Shown in pieces: positions 26,801 through 39,998 of a DNA stretch of 64,000 bases (position 1 is its first letter; each line of letters starts with the position of its first letter). The DNA is from Balanoglossus misakiensis (Eukaryota; Animalia; Hemichordata): assembly GCA_040954595.2 (NCBI GenBank), contig CM082580.2, positions 13,318,242-13,382,241 of the forward strand, in the 5' to 3' direction. Below the pieces are notes generated by a model. The model saw nothing but the letters and a program-made list of their open reading frames with translations, did not search any database and was not told the DNA's origin. The translations under genes and the position numbers were made by a program.

Positions 26801-29800
26801 GTATTCAGCTGAGTCCGCCTCGGTAAAGACACTTGCCATTTCAACCTCGGCTATCGTGTCAACGACGACCTGGCATTGCGTTTTTCTCTCCGATATCTCT
26901 TGTCAGGATCTGCTGACCCAAAACAATGCTGGTCATTCGGTCCAATTGTGTCACTCCAAATGGGCAGTTTCAACATGTTCATTCCAATCAGTTTACATTC
27001 CGCAGTATTAATGGGGGTCAAAACAAAAAGATCGGCCAGCGAGGTCATTCAGCCTTTGACAGCCTTTCAACAAAAAAAACCCACACAGAGAAAAGACGTG
27101 AAGGGACACTTGACTGGCGAAATAAAAAGAAATTCAAATCAGGTAGTCGGTATGACACACTGTAGCCAAGGCGCACAGGATCATTAATTTCAGAACCGAC
27201 ATTCCCATACTCCCATAGTGTACATCAGGGTCCTGACAGAATTTACAGGCATGTAAATCACACGTCTTCACTGCTCCTTGATTGAATTTTATATGAAGTG
27301 TGGACAAAGTTCAATGAGTTGTCAACATGATTGTAGAGTTGAGGAAAACACACTCGATGGTGTACGACTACAAAACGCTACTGCTGCTGCAGTCTTTTTT
27401 TTCACAAAAGGAACAATGTCACACGATCAGAAGTGGCACTGTCCATTTTCGAAAATTTGTAGTCGGCTGATTTGCAGGTGGTATAGCCTGGTCAAGCTCT
27501 GGGCAAAACCACACACCTCAAATGAACTGCCTTCAACCTGTAGGTGTGCATGTATATAGACTACTTCAGCTCCATCCCCTGTGACAGCCAGCCCCTGAAT
27601 GCAAACACTTTGCCCAGTAGGGGAGCAATTATTAACAGGGTTACAATCTCTGGCAAAACAAACTTAGACTCTTTATCACTCCATAAACCTGTGGGAGGCA
27701 GACTCAATCAGTAGATAAACCTATCACCCAAACTGGCTACTGGTTGTATCGACACAGTTCATCAGTGCCAGAGTAATAGCATGGCCTGGCCTGTCATCAC
27801 TGCCTCATCGTCTCACACTACCAGGCTGTAGGCTTTAGAGGTCGAGAGAGGACACAAACTGCCCAGACTGCCATCAAACTTTACACACAAGTCTGATTAC
27901 ACCAGATTTAATTTACACTTTTTCTCTCTCTCACGATCACAGAAATTTCAGTAACGACTAGTTTCTTCCTCCTTACTGAAGTTTTAATTAGTTGATATAA
28001 TGATCAGGGCGCAGAAATGAGTCAGCTCTCACTGACATCGGCTGAAGTACAGCCATAATCTTTTACAGCCTCCCTCAGTTCACTTTGGAATTGTAACCTT
28101 TGTCAAGAGTACAAGAATACCGACAATGTTGGAATCACTCTTTTTTTTCAACACTGACTGCATATGTTTTTGAATTTGACATCCAAAACGTTTCCATATT
28201 TTCTCCTGCACTGAACTGCCCCAATGGTGTTAAGGTCAATAAAATGCTGTTAACACCAGCGGAATCTAATCTATACTAAAGATAAACTTTTTACACTCCA
28301 TATATCTGCCGCAAAAATCTATACCACGGGTTGTCCTGACCGAATAGCTGGAAATTGATTTGTACATTACAGAACAGTTTTGAAACAAAGGTTATCCTCA
28401 GATGAACATGCTGGTCAATAAGCAAATGTTTGTAAATGGAGATCATTGCAAATAAGCTAAGGTATCTCTCGTTTGATAATCACAGCCAAAATATTGACCA
28501 CGCTCATAAAAATCATTGGTTCAATCAATTGTCCCAGTCGAGCCGTTAACAGGTACGGGGTTGGTGCCATTGCAGGTCGCCTGAACGACCGAAGCAAGGA
28601 CTATAAATCGTCAGATTCAAAGTTCACACCCAACAATGCTGCCGTCATTTCACGGAGAACCGATCAGCGCCGCAAATCGTGTCTCTACCTACTTAAACAT
28701 CCAATGGAAATTTAATAAAAACAAGTTCTGAAGGCCCTAGCAACCCAAAAACTTGGGTCCTTTAATGTTACTGTTGTTAGGAAACCAATGGAGGGGTGCA
28801 TCCATCAAAAAAACTTTGGGCCATTTCCCTTCATAATAGCTCCTAAAATCCAGATGAGTGGATAACAAGTGGTGTGCCTACAAAACATGTCTAAACAGCT
28901 CGATAGAGAGACAACAAATGTTAAGCCCAAGTGCAGAAGAAATCACCTGCCATACTACATCAGAGAAACCTAATTACAAGAACAAAAAAAGAAGTCATGT
29001 AAGCTCTCAAAAATATTGCAAAAATACAGATGAGCTAAGCAAAATCGAGCACAAAAAAGAAAGAAATTCCTCGTTGTGAAAAATCGCACTTAAAAATTTT
29101 GATCAAAAATGTCCTCAATAAAAGATGCAACTTACACAGGTACCAAGTGTTATTTCATTTTTTCATTCAGACCTGAATTTGACATGAATATATTTCTCCA
29201 AAGTAAACACTGGATGAAACCCGTACAGCTTGGAAACAATAGACGACGGCTTATGAAAATATCAGCATTGTCCCCAGCATACACTCTGCAAACTTCATTT
29301 TCTATGCCTCCTTCCAAGCAAACAAACGCTCTTTTTAAAAATAAAAATTGCCGCTTAATGGTGAAGACAGGCTGTCAAATACATAGTTACATTTGCAACA
29401 GCGGCAGTTAATGTCACTGAAAATTACTCACATTAGAAGCAGAGTACTCTCAGCAATACAATATCCACTGACACACAACTTTTGTCAGGACCTGAATAGC
29501 CAATGACTCTTTCCATGTATTTATGCATTTTCCAGGAGAGTTAATGATATTTGTTTAGATTAATAAAGCCCCTTTGTTGGTAAATTACATTTGGAAGTAA
29601 AACGGAGCCCGAGCACGCTAATAATAATGGTACCATTCATTTTCCTTGCTCGCTGTTATTCATTAGCAAAGAAAAGCAATGCACAACATTTTTTATGGAA
29701 GTGATATGCGCGCCCTTTAAATTTTCTGCTTCACACCCGAAATGGCACGAAGGAGAGAGTTCATTTTGAAGTTCACTATTGGTCGCCAATACAAACAGCA

Positions 29801-30471
29801 TTCATCCTTTTCTTCCTCAACAAAGGTGTCACACGCGCCCTGGCGCACGCAAGCGATAATACGGGTTAGACGATGTCTCTCTGGGAAAATTGGCCTTTGC
29901 TTTCTACACAGTAGATTGCTCTGTGTACATGTAATGGTGTTCAATTATTCCCACTGCAGAAAGCGTTCAATTTATTTAACAAATTATCAACACTCTACGG
30001 GTTGGTGATCATGGCAATGGGGACATGTCTTTTCTGTTCATTTTTTTCACTCTCGTCATTTTTACAGTTGCTACCCGTGGAGTTTGTAGAGTTGAATCAC
30101 CAGCAAAATTACCAAAATATCATCTGATTGAATTAATTCAGATCTAGAGTTGGAGAGGGAAAACATCAAGGAGTATGATTTAACCTACGCTTAATTAAAC
30201 GTAACTGAGTGAATCCACGGAGAAGCTGCTAGTGATAAGGGTCAATGGAACAATATGCGCGGCATTTGGTAGCCCCCTCAGGAAACAAGCCAAGCGGGCA
30301 TATCAGGAGTGTTTTGGAAGGGTTGGCATTCCCTCTCTCTCCCCCGGCTCTTTCATGTGTTAATTTCGCGTAAAGCGCACCAGGAAATTGACATCAATTG
30401 GCGGGCCGTAGTCGACGGGATCTGCTGTCAGTTGCACACATGCTTTGCTGAGTCTATCATCAACATGAGTG

Positions 30472-30525
30472 ATTTTGGTGAGGGTAATCACTCCATGCAT
30501 TTTGGTGAGGGTAATCACTCCATGC
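30472..30525. repeat. Perfect 27-bp tandem duplication, followed by (CA)n at ~30533-30551
   Basis: ATTTTGGTGAGGGTAATCACTCCATGC x2. Confidence 0.95.
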
Positions 30526-33500
30526 ATCACAGACACACACACACACACACCCCAGTCTTGCACCCTAAATCTTCACCTTTTCATCGCCTTATTGCCCGCA
30601 GCGATCTTGTTTTTAACCAAAACAAATCATGCGCTGTGTCTTGAATAGAGGCTGCACGCTCCCACTTGCACATGGACCTTTGATTTAAAACCCCTTCCAC
30701 TCTCCATCCCTCGTTTTGTTTGCACATAAAAAAATTAAGTCATCGAAAAACTAATAGATAATAAAACCAAATCCAGACCTGATCTCTGGGGTTACTGCAC
30801 TCATGAGGAAAAATTATTATCTGTTTCGTTTTGTCCGTGATATTTTTTTTTTTTTTTGGCTCGGATTCTAAAATCAACTGAGAAAGCTGGGGTCGTGTCC
30901 TGTGGCTATTCCAGGTTATACAGGGCTATGAGGTGATCTGATTTATTAGCCATTGTTGGCTGTCACCACGCTTGTAAATGCAGGCCGACTATGGAGCTAT
31001 GGGGGCTTGATCAGGTCTGTGTTTAGTCCATAATCTTATCAGGGGGATCATTATTTTGTAACTATAGGACACCCAACGCCAGTGGGGCAATGCTGAACCA
31101 GTCACACGAACAACATTTCACTGCCCACCTCAGATTGCCAGGTTTTCAACCTGTCTGTGTATCAAGACCAAACATGTTCTTAATTGCGATATGACTGAGT
31201 AGCCACAGCACAAACGCACGGGTCCGCACTCCTACTAAGGGAATTAAAAAACAAAACAGACAACCCTCAAGCTTTGGGACAATTTCTGTATTGCGAAACA
31301 AACACTGGAAATTGACAATCTGAATTATTGAGGAAATGTTTGCTCTTTTGCTAACAAATTCAACGTGCTTCCTCATAAAAAGGTGTTAAAGATTCTAAAT
31401 AATTTGCCTTTTGAAGTGAATATTTCAGAGACTCCCTGCGCAATATAAAACCGATAACTGCTGCTCTGTTTGGATAGCAGTAATTTTGGACAGCCATCGT
31501 CAATCAGACAGCACACAACCTAATTGTCTTGCACATGGCTGATACTTTACTGTGCCAACTTGCGACGATGTAATTGCATTTACAACTTTTGCCTCAGCTT
31601 CTTCAGTGTCGGGAGAAATTAACGTGGGAATGACGCCATATCGCCAAAATAATGGCACTAGAGATGCGAATTCCACTTCAACAGTATCTGAAATTATCCT
31701 TAAGGTGATCAAGTGCCCGGACTCAATTGCAACTGTTTTTCATCATCTGCCTAGCGTTTGATCAGGCAATTTGGTTTGAAAGGGAACAAACGAGATGGCA
31801 CTAAATTTTAACAATAGTAGTAATTTTTGATGGAACCGAGTGTAAAAAACATCAAAACCTTGTTGTTCCCAATGGCCTTCAAAACTGCACAATGCAACTA
31901 GATACTTGAGAGAAATATTAATTAAACTCAATGCGGAGTAGATTTTTTTTTTGGGGGGGGGGAGTTAAAAAAAAATTTGAACAGCTGGTTTTGACGGAGA
32001 CCCGGAGATTTAATTTTAACTCAACTCCGCACGTTTCGAGCAAACAGACCGTTGTGTGACGGAGCTCCCAGTAATGGCCGCAAGTCATCTGACCTCCTTT
32101 TTAACTGCAGTCCTAAAGTGATTCATTCTGGAGTCTGAACACATCTCGAAGAAGCGGTCAGTGTGAGCCTACAATACCCCGTAGATATACAACTGTGCCA
32201 ATGAGTTTACTAATCATGTACACGGCAGCCCACAACATTGCACGTTGAAAGAGAAAACAGTACACGGGAGGAAAAATAATCGCTTTCTCGACGCACTCTG
32301 CTTGTGATAAGGTTTTTGAGTTCGGCACGAAGTGTGGGTTGTGTTAATAAAATTAAAGTGGCGACAAACAGAAGGTCTTGCCCCAAACAATGGACAATTT
32401 TCCATCAGGAAAAAAGTGTATAATTCGACTGAGACTGTAATCACATAACTGCCCATATTAAATTAATCTAGACGAAAAACCTAAAAAAAAAATCAAAACA
32501 CAGGTAAAAATGATGTTTCTTTTTTACATTATCAGAGTCTACAAATGACATATGTACTTGGTCTGAGTGAGATGATCTTCTATTATTCTAAATGTGTTGA
32601 CAGTGAAATTACACATTGAAAAATATTTTGTCAATATTTTCTTGATAATCACAAGGGATGCAAATGGAAGCCGGCCACTAAAAGCCTTCATCCAAATGGT
32701 TATAATTAATTCAATTTTCCAAAGCGAATCAATGAACCAACTACTGATAAATATTACCAGTGAATGAAATTGAAGTGTGGTGAAAATGCTTTTGATGCGT
32801 GTGTTTTTACGATGTCGCCGTGGTCAGCGCGTTTTCCGCGGCGGTGCTCGGATTTCGCGCGGCGCGCACTGCCCGATTATGTTCGTAGGAGAAAATGTCG
32901 AAGTGTCAATTTGACCATCATAATTTCTTGTACACTTATCTCGACAAAACCAATATTTTGTGAGCGTGCAATGCGGGACCCATCAATCAAGTGCTTGCTT
33001 TTTATTAGCCAGCGTACGTGCGGGAATTTGCGAGTAAAAGCGCGTCGTCTGAAAAATAGTAATGGTCTGTCAACGTGTGTGTTCAGCGTGTGTTTGTGTG
33101 CGACAGTGTGTCCATCAAAAGCGCTCTGCAACTCATCGTTCTCTCCCGCGCGACAATTTTCCCGTGTCCTTTTTCTCTTCCCACTATAATAAAATCGCAT
33201 TGTGAAACACGCAAGGAAACGTTTTATTTCGGCTGATTTGAAGCGACTGAAAACACGAAAGCAAATTGTTCTCCCGCAGAATATACAGAAAGTATCTGCC
33301 ACAAAAGAGAGCGTATAAAACACGTACATGCTAACGTCTATTACTTTCACGCGACCAAAATGGCCATTTTCTCCCGTTTTGGAATACAGTGTTGTTTCGC
33401 TGTTTTTTAATTGCTTAATTCGATAGAATGTAGTTGCAAATGAAGCTGCTTTAGTGTATTTCACACCCATTCATCCGTACTTACGCATGGACACACAAGG

Positions 33501-33837
33501 AATAAAAGGCCCGACCTTACTACTTGACACCGTGAAAACAAAATTTTTCCCACTAAATGACAGCAGATTGTTGCTAAGGTTCGAAGCGTCCCTTCGAAAC
33601 GCATCCGAGGTGATCACCAACACAAAATAGATGGCGATGTTTTAGGCAAACGCGCTCACCTCAGACGTTCAAATTGTGTTTTCAAGAGAGATAGCCCACA
33701 ATATTGATTTGGAAAGCGATTGTTTATGTTGTTGTCCATTTCAAAACAAGCGTGCACGGCCGAGCGCTGTGTCGATTTCATTGCATGGCGTCCAGCTCAT
33801 GTGTATATTTGCTTTTGCATTTAGACATTATACGTAC

Positions 33838-34789
33838 CCGCTAACCTGAGCGCCGACATCCTCTGAAATTCGGGTTCTTGTAACCACTTCCACATCCTTC
33901 GAAAGGTTTCTCTACCACTCTTCAATTTACTCCATGGTTTGGGGTTTCTTAGCAAGTCGCTCAGTGTCCCTTGGCTTCGGCAAAGCACGCGTTGTGCGAA
34001 AACTGCTTGTGGTATACTATATCGTTTCAGTTCACTGGTCACTCGCTGCGCTATTTCTTTAGTGTTTATTTCTTCGCCATTGCCCGTGTCTCTCGAAGAA
34101 AGACTGGAGTGGTTACGACTTGGAGGTGTAGGTGTCGGATGTGGCGCAGAATGCATGCCGTTCAAAACCATGGGGTTGGCCAGACTCGATCTTTGCGGTT
34201 GTAACCTACTCATATGGTCTGTGTGATGGGACGGGTACTGGGGCTCATAACCGTTCATGTTCATACTTCTCGGATATGAATTCACGTTGCTCGGGCTGTG
34301 AGGTCCGTAGCCGGTCATGCTCTGCGGGTGATGTCCGTAGCCGTTCAACATTGCATTAGCGCCCATGCTACCGCCGATCTGTCCCATGTTCATGCCCGTC
34401 AGCTTTTCGTACGGATTGTTCATCATATGGTTACTGTGTGTATTCATCAACGTGAAACTGCCGCTTACATTGCTCGGGTCGTGGTGACGGAACTTGTCCG
34501 AAGTGACGGAAGAAATCGGAGGAAGGGGCTGTAAGGGTGTTAGCGTAGTGTAGCTGGCACTTGTGCTTGTCTGTAGTCCGTTGTACGACGAGACACCGTA
34601 ATCGGGGCTTCGGTAATCGGTTGGGTCCATCATGTTACTTAGGCTGGCCAGCGAAGAACGCGAGTGCTTCGGTATGTCAGCGGACGAAGACAGGAGATCG
34701 CTTGTGGACACGGGCACTGGTTCGGACGCACCGTGGTGGGCAAATTCCCCAACTAAGCTTTCCATCACCTGAAAGTCGCTGATATTCAT
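33838..34789 (-). CDS. onecut: ONECUT/HNF-6 family transcription factor, coding exon 1 (N-terminus, TP box, CUT domain)
   Basis: 322-aa ORF containing SYTTLTPLQPLPPISSVTSDKF (TP/STP box), NVSGSFTLM and the CUT domain EEINTKEIAQRVTSELKRYSIPQAVFAQRVLCRSQGTLSDLLRNPKPWSKLKSGRETFRRMWKWLQEPEFQRMSALRLA. The exon ends in phase 1 at G|GTACGT (GT at 33837-33836), the same position as the intron in vertebrate ONECUT genes (LRLA|ACK). Confidence 0.97.
33839..34075 (-). other. CUT DNA-binding domain coding region (includes the LSDLL LxxLL motif)
   Basis: The translation matches the well-known ONECUT CUT domain nearly residue for residue. Confidence 0.95.
34490..34555 (-). other. TP (STP) box transactivation motif coding region
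   Basis: SYTTLTPLQPLPPISSVTSDKF versus vertebrate HNF-6 TYTTLTPLQPLPPISTVSDKF (recalled from memory). Confidence 0.85.
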
Positions 34790-35110
34790 GCCCGTAACGT
34801 GGAACGGCGAAGCAGTGAAGAATCGGACGGTAGCGCTGAGCTTTTTAAGGGCTTGATGTTGTCTGGCCTAGGGGAGTAGTGTAGGCCTGGGAACATGCAA
34901 TCTGCAGTACAACTGTACCTCCATGTTTAGACAGCTGCTAACTACTGAAATGCGCACTGCATATGCGCAGCCGCTTTCAAATACATTACGCATGCTCTGT
35001 ATTACATTTTCCGCGAAGCCTCATGCACCTGACACATCACTTTCGCGCAAAAGAAATGTTATTTTCAACAAAATTTATCCAAATCACTCAGTTTTGCGCA
35101 TAAGACAGCC
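34790..35110 (-). promoter_or_regulatory. Putative onecut proximal promoter and short 5'UTR
   Basis: TATA-like TTAAAAAG (34848-34841) lies ~32 nt upstream of an Inr-like TCACTG (34818-34813). There is a TGCGCA...TGCGCA NRF1-like dyad at ~34951-34969 and an E2F-like TTTCGCGC at 35041-35048. The surroundings are CpG-rich. Confidence 0.45.
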
Positions 35111-38100
35111 GTTCAAATAACGGTGGCATCGGCGTTAGTGAAGTTAAACACGGAAAGAGTTCGCTTGTGGGTTAGGCTGGAAGCACCACGCAAAGCCGTT
35201 TCTATTTTCCCACTTTTATTTTCGCAACAATAGGAAAAGCAGATAAGAGGCTAATCGGCTTTGCCTTTAAAGGAGCGTAGAACAGACTGACGGGTGTGTA
35301 AGTTCTTTTATTTCTATATGTATACGGCTACTTTTACATTCACACTTTTATGGAGTCTGTAACGTCGAGTGACAGAAATTTCGTCGACAATGGCAATCTC
35401 ACCGATACATCGAACCCCAATGCGACGCGCACCCCCAAAAGTAAACACCACACGTTATAATAGCCTGAACGAGGTGTCGATCACATATAGCAGAAAACCC
35501 GACTGGCCTGTTCTTTTGCCGGTTTTGTTCTGCATTTAGTCTATGATCCACGACTTATCATGGTGATTTTAAATTCAGGAATTTCCGCAAACGCCAGCCT
35601 GGATGAAGGGATCTGATGCCAAATTTGACTTGAAGACACAATAAGTACTTTTGAACATTCATTAAACATGATGTCAACTTTATCTTTATATTCTGAAAAC
35701 ATCACAAACAAAGCATACAAGAGAAAGCCTTCACATAAATAAACATCAGTCGAATCTTTTTCAAGGTTTTTTTCTTCAGCGGGGAACTTTTCTTCTATTG
35801 TTGTCATAACGACACGATTTAAATTCAAGACTGTTTTTTTCTGTGTGATGCTATGTCATTGTCTGTAGGCCCTATTGTCTATGACAGTCCAAGGGAAACT
35901 CAAAGCTTCTTCGTCTCATGCATAATATATTGAGCTGTTGTTGAAAAACAGCCTGTGTGCTCATAATTAGGGACATTTGTTGAAAAGTAAAAACACGATG
36001 CCCTTCCCCAAGCTTTTAGTCAATGTCTAGAACATGATTATCCTGGCTTTCAGCTCTGATGACAACGACAAGCGTCTAATCCGAACAACCTACACGCAAT
36101 TCATAAACAAAAAAATGAAGCGAAAGCTGCAACAGCCGGAGCGATTCGTGTTACTTTTGTGTTTGTTCACGTATGGGACAGGGAGCGATCGCTCTTGTAT
36201 CGCTGGTTTCCATTCTCTCTTGGAATGAAAGCCATCCGATACCAGCCTGGAAAATAAAAGAACTTCCCGTCGCCAATTTTATGCGTCATACCCGCTAAAA
36301 CTTCTGATAAATTATTTATCTAGATGCATAGATATTTCAAAGCAAAATTTGGGACCTGGAAAATAATACTATCCGGTTTTTCATCCTGTATGGGTCTTTT
36401 AGTCTTCTTTATCAAGCTATTAAATTCACTAAAATCTTCTTTCAATTTTTCTTTAACATTATAAAGAGTTTAGATTTTAAAACACAACGAAGTCTCTTCT
36501 TGTATAAAATGAAATGAAGAAAAACACGCGTTTGTAATTGTTGATGGAAGCTCAACCCAATTGGACACCATTCTAGATAAGCGCGGCACAGAAGTGGTGT
36601 TTCACACATCTTTTCTCCGGGGCTAATTTTGCAAAAGTACACATTTGGTGCTGTTTGGCAACGCCAATGAGAGCACGTGACAGGAACCCAAATGTGCAAG
36701 GGGGTCGGACACAAAGACCCGAGGCCTCTTTATCCCGGCGACACAAACGAGAGGGGCGTATATTACCGGCGTCGACGCTACGTGCTCGTCGATAATGGGT
36801 CGAGTTGGACCCGGCGATTGAGGGTTGTCCCCGCTGACGACGCCACACATTGACATGGTAGCACAGGATCGCTTTAAAATCTGTAATTTCCGCGAATTTA
36901 ACAATGCAGTACTACAATGGTCATATTGGTTTGACAAAAACACACACACACAAGACTATTAAAAAGTAAAATGGTCATTTTATCAGCACCGTTTCAAAGT
37001 AAAGTGAAGGAAAATAACAAATTCCGTGAGATGTGTAGTAATATATCTTTACACAAGTTTGTTCACGTGCTAGCCACATATACAATAATTAACAGTTTGA
37101 TTTCGGATAAACATAAGTAATTAGCTAGCTTAACATTTCGGATTTTTTAGCTCCCAACATTGGTTTCCCGCCCACCCGCCAAGTTGTTTATGACTGACCC
37201 GCTATAATATCGACAACTACTTCGAACTAAATCAGGGATTACATGCGTTTAGCACCTAGTAATCTGGCGAATAAATTTAAAACAGATAACGTTATTTTCA
37301 GCGTCAAAGGTGAACGGACATACCACTAGTGTCATTTATTAATTAATTAATTTGTCAACAAATAATAAAGCCCATTTTACACACAAGGACTGCGATGATA
37401 AGAGAAATATTGGGCATTTCATCATTGCTTTATGAAATCCAGCAAGAATACACGATGCACAGGCAGAACAAAATACTAAAAGGTAGCCAAAACTCACAAG
37501 GTTGCAACTACTGAAATTCATAACTTTTTAACGACTAACCTATTAAGATGTCCTTATAGTTCTAATCACTACAAGTATTAGATATGAAAGCAATCAACGA
37601 CAGTTATAAATTAGAAAAAAATACTAAGTGCTTTATGGTAATATCACCACGACCCGGACGCAATTGCAAGCGTGTTAGATATATTTGTTCAAGATGCGGT
37701 CATCACAGGGGTGAAAATGTGACCAACGTACCGTGTCCTGACACGACAATCATGCCAGCCCTTAATGAAATCGCCTCACCCCTCTAACTGAGTGGAACAG
37801 TCTTTAGATGTCGATTAACCAATAAAACAATATGCTTAGTGGCGTGTGTGTTCGGGAGATTCCAGACAGTCGTAAAGGACAGGTAATTCTGCCCAACCAT
37901 TATTCCCAATTCTAATCATGGAAAACTAAATGGGAGAGCGCCACACACGCCCGGACACGTCAATGAATAATGAATAGTACATGCGAAGAAAACCGCTTCT
38001 TTCAACTCCCAACTCTCAATCATCTTAGAATAACTAACCTACGATTTCTAACATTGCTTTCCCCGTAGACCCTTGAGAGAAAAGCGTCTATGCTTTCCTC

Positions 38101-39935
38101 AGTAACGTTTTGTAAGGGTTCTGTGAATTCTGATATGACTGTTTTATTTTATAAGGTTGAGTGTCCTTCCCAGGCGCTATCTATATGTTGCCCATCTATC
38201 TGTCTGTCTGCCTGTCATTTTGCGTTTTCAAGCAAACATCTTAATCTAAAGTTTGTGATTGACCAAATTTAGAATATGACAGATATCAAATTTAATACGC
38301 CTTTCTTATTATTACAACAGATAAACTCGAGATCAATGTGGTGACCACAAAGCACTTGGCCAATTATTTTAGCAATACAATTCGACTATATGTGTAACGA
38401 CAACGTGGGCTTCAAACGCCGACCCTTGATTTTGCTGTTGGTTGTCCAATGTTCGGATACAGTGTTCGATATCAGTAGCTTACTTTACACATTTGATGCA
38501 GACGGTATAAATGCTTTGTACCTGCGAATGAATGGCACTTCAGTCTCACCTAAGGAAAGTTCGACATCGGAAATCGAAGTAAAATACACAAATTAGCCGC
38601 ATTTTGCCGCGTTTCCACTCGATACATATTGTTTTTCGGACAATGTTGACTCTGCCTAGATGCAGTGAACGGTGTGTCAGAGAAATCGCTTTTCATTCAG
38701 TTAAACAGCAGCACACCGCGTACCCGGGAGGTGTTGGTAAAATCTCTAAATTTAGGTGACGAAACAAATATTAATCCTTTGTCAGTCACCATACATTTAT
38801 TTATTATGGGTCTAAACGCAGTTTTAAATCGCGAAACGGAACAAATTTAAGTTGACGTTGTGTATATCGCTACAAAACAGCCCTAAAGAAAGAATTTTGG
38901 TCCCGTTCGATGTGATCTCTTACAAAGTACTCTACTGCTTTTGTAAAAGTGTTACAAAATTGCTCCGAAATATAAATCTGAAATCAGTGAACTTTTCAAA
39001 TTGGTAAATTTCTGTTTATGCAATGGCTGCGCACGAAACCATCAAAGGTTGTGTAAACTCACAAGAATACACTTTTGCACAAAAAGTGGACAAATGTAGC
39101 TGGGTTTCTTTTGCTGATAACCCATGTTTTGATACATGCTAATTTTTTAGAGAGGCGTCAAGATTTATGGTAAACTAATATTGATCCCAAAATTTTAGAT
39201 TCATCGACTTTCTCACAAAATTTATCGAATGTTCTCGAAACAACATAATCAAATTTTATTAGACACCTATAATATTCACTCACGGTCGGTATATCTGTTG
39301 GTTGATGTAAACCAAGTGGGCCTACACGCTATCCAACCACTGATTTTCAGTGGACGGCCACGCGAAAATGTAGCTTCACCACATGTTCTTTAGAACACAG
39401 TCCCTCAGTGTTTAGAACAACCAGACCCGCACATTTTAGCCATACATGGGCATATGTAAAGTACAAGTGACTGTGTACCTCTAAGAACATTGCCTTTGGC
39501 GGGAACACGTACTGAGAATTTAGATGGCAGAGATGTTGCTTGGAAAGATGAACGTACAACAGTAGATAAAAATACAAGCCAAGTACTTACAAAGAAGCAC
39601 TCTTAGTTAATAAATTTTCCAGCTGCGTCTTCACTAATTACCCCAAATAAACTGATTAAGAAGGGTAAATCTTGTCGGAAATCTCAATGAGGTACCGGGG
39701 AAGTACGGATAAGTCATCGGCGCAACGCGTGCTCTAGGCCGCGGCGTATTTGGCAACTTACGAGGCCCGTGAGGAAGAGAATGCTCTTCCCCGAGAGATG
39801 ACGGCTGACAGGTTAGCATATGCTGGGCACGGAAGATTAGTTGCACCCGAGTAACTCAACGCCGCCGCAACGAGATCTGCCTGCAAAAATGGCCTCCCGA
39901 AATTCTACATTTCAAAATAGTAGTTTCACTCGGTT

Positions 39936-39998
39936 TGTGTGTGTGTGTGTTTGTGTCTGTGTCTGTGTGTGTGTGTGCGTGTGTGTGTATGTATGTAT
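39936..39998. repeat. Imperfect (TG)n microsatellite
   Basis: tgtgtgtgtgtgtgtttgtgtctgtgtctgtgtgtgtgtgtgcgtgtgtgtgtatgtatgtat. Confidence 0.9.

Larger units (their letters stand above)
4183..33837 (-). other. Large phase-1 GT-AG intron (29,655 nt) between the CUT domain and the homeodomain of onecut
   Basis: Canonical donor GTACGT and pyrimidine-rich GCAG acceptor. Joining them restores the conserved MSALRLA-ACK(K/R)KE sequence in frame. Confidence 0.92.
32800..35150. promoter_or_regulatory. CpG-rich domain covering the promoter, exon 1 and the first ~1 kb of the intron
   Basis: Dense CG/CGCG runs (e.g. 32828-32870) compared with the CpG-poor intron further downstream. Confidence 0.6.

Noticed and set aside
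30472-30525. 27-bp repeat as a CRISPR-like array
   Set aside because: Only two abutting copies, no spacer, and a eukaryotic context.
32877-33470. 197-aa minus-strand ORF (and overlapping 141-aa plus ORF) in the intron
   Set aside because: No recognisable domain, non-protein-like composition and no convincing splice signals; long frames are expected in this locally GC-richer stretch.
33821-33837. C-terminal GTYNV* of the 322-aa ORF
   Set aside because: Read-through into the intron past the GT donor. A CUT-only isoform cannot be supported from sequence alone.
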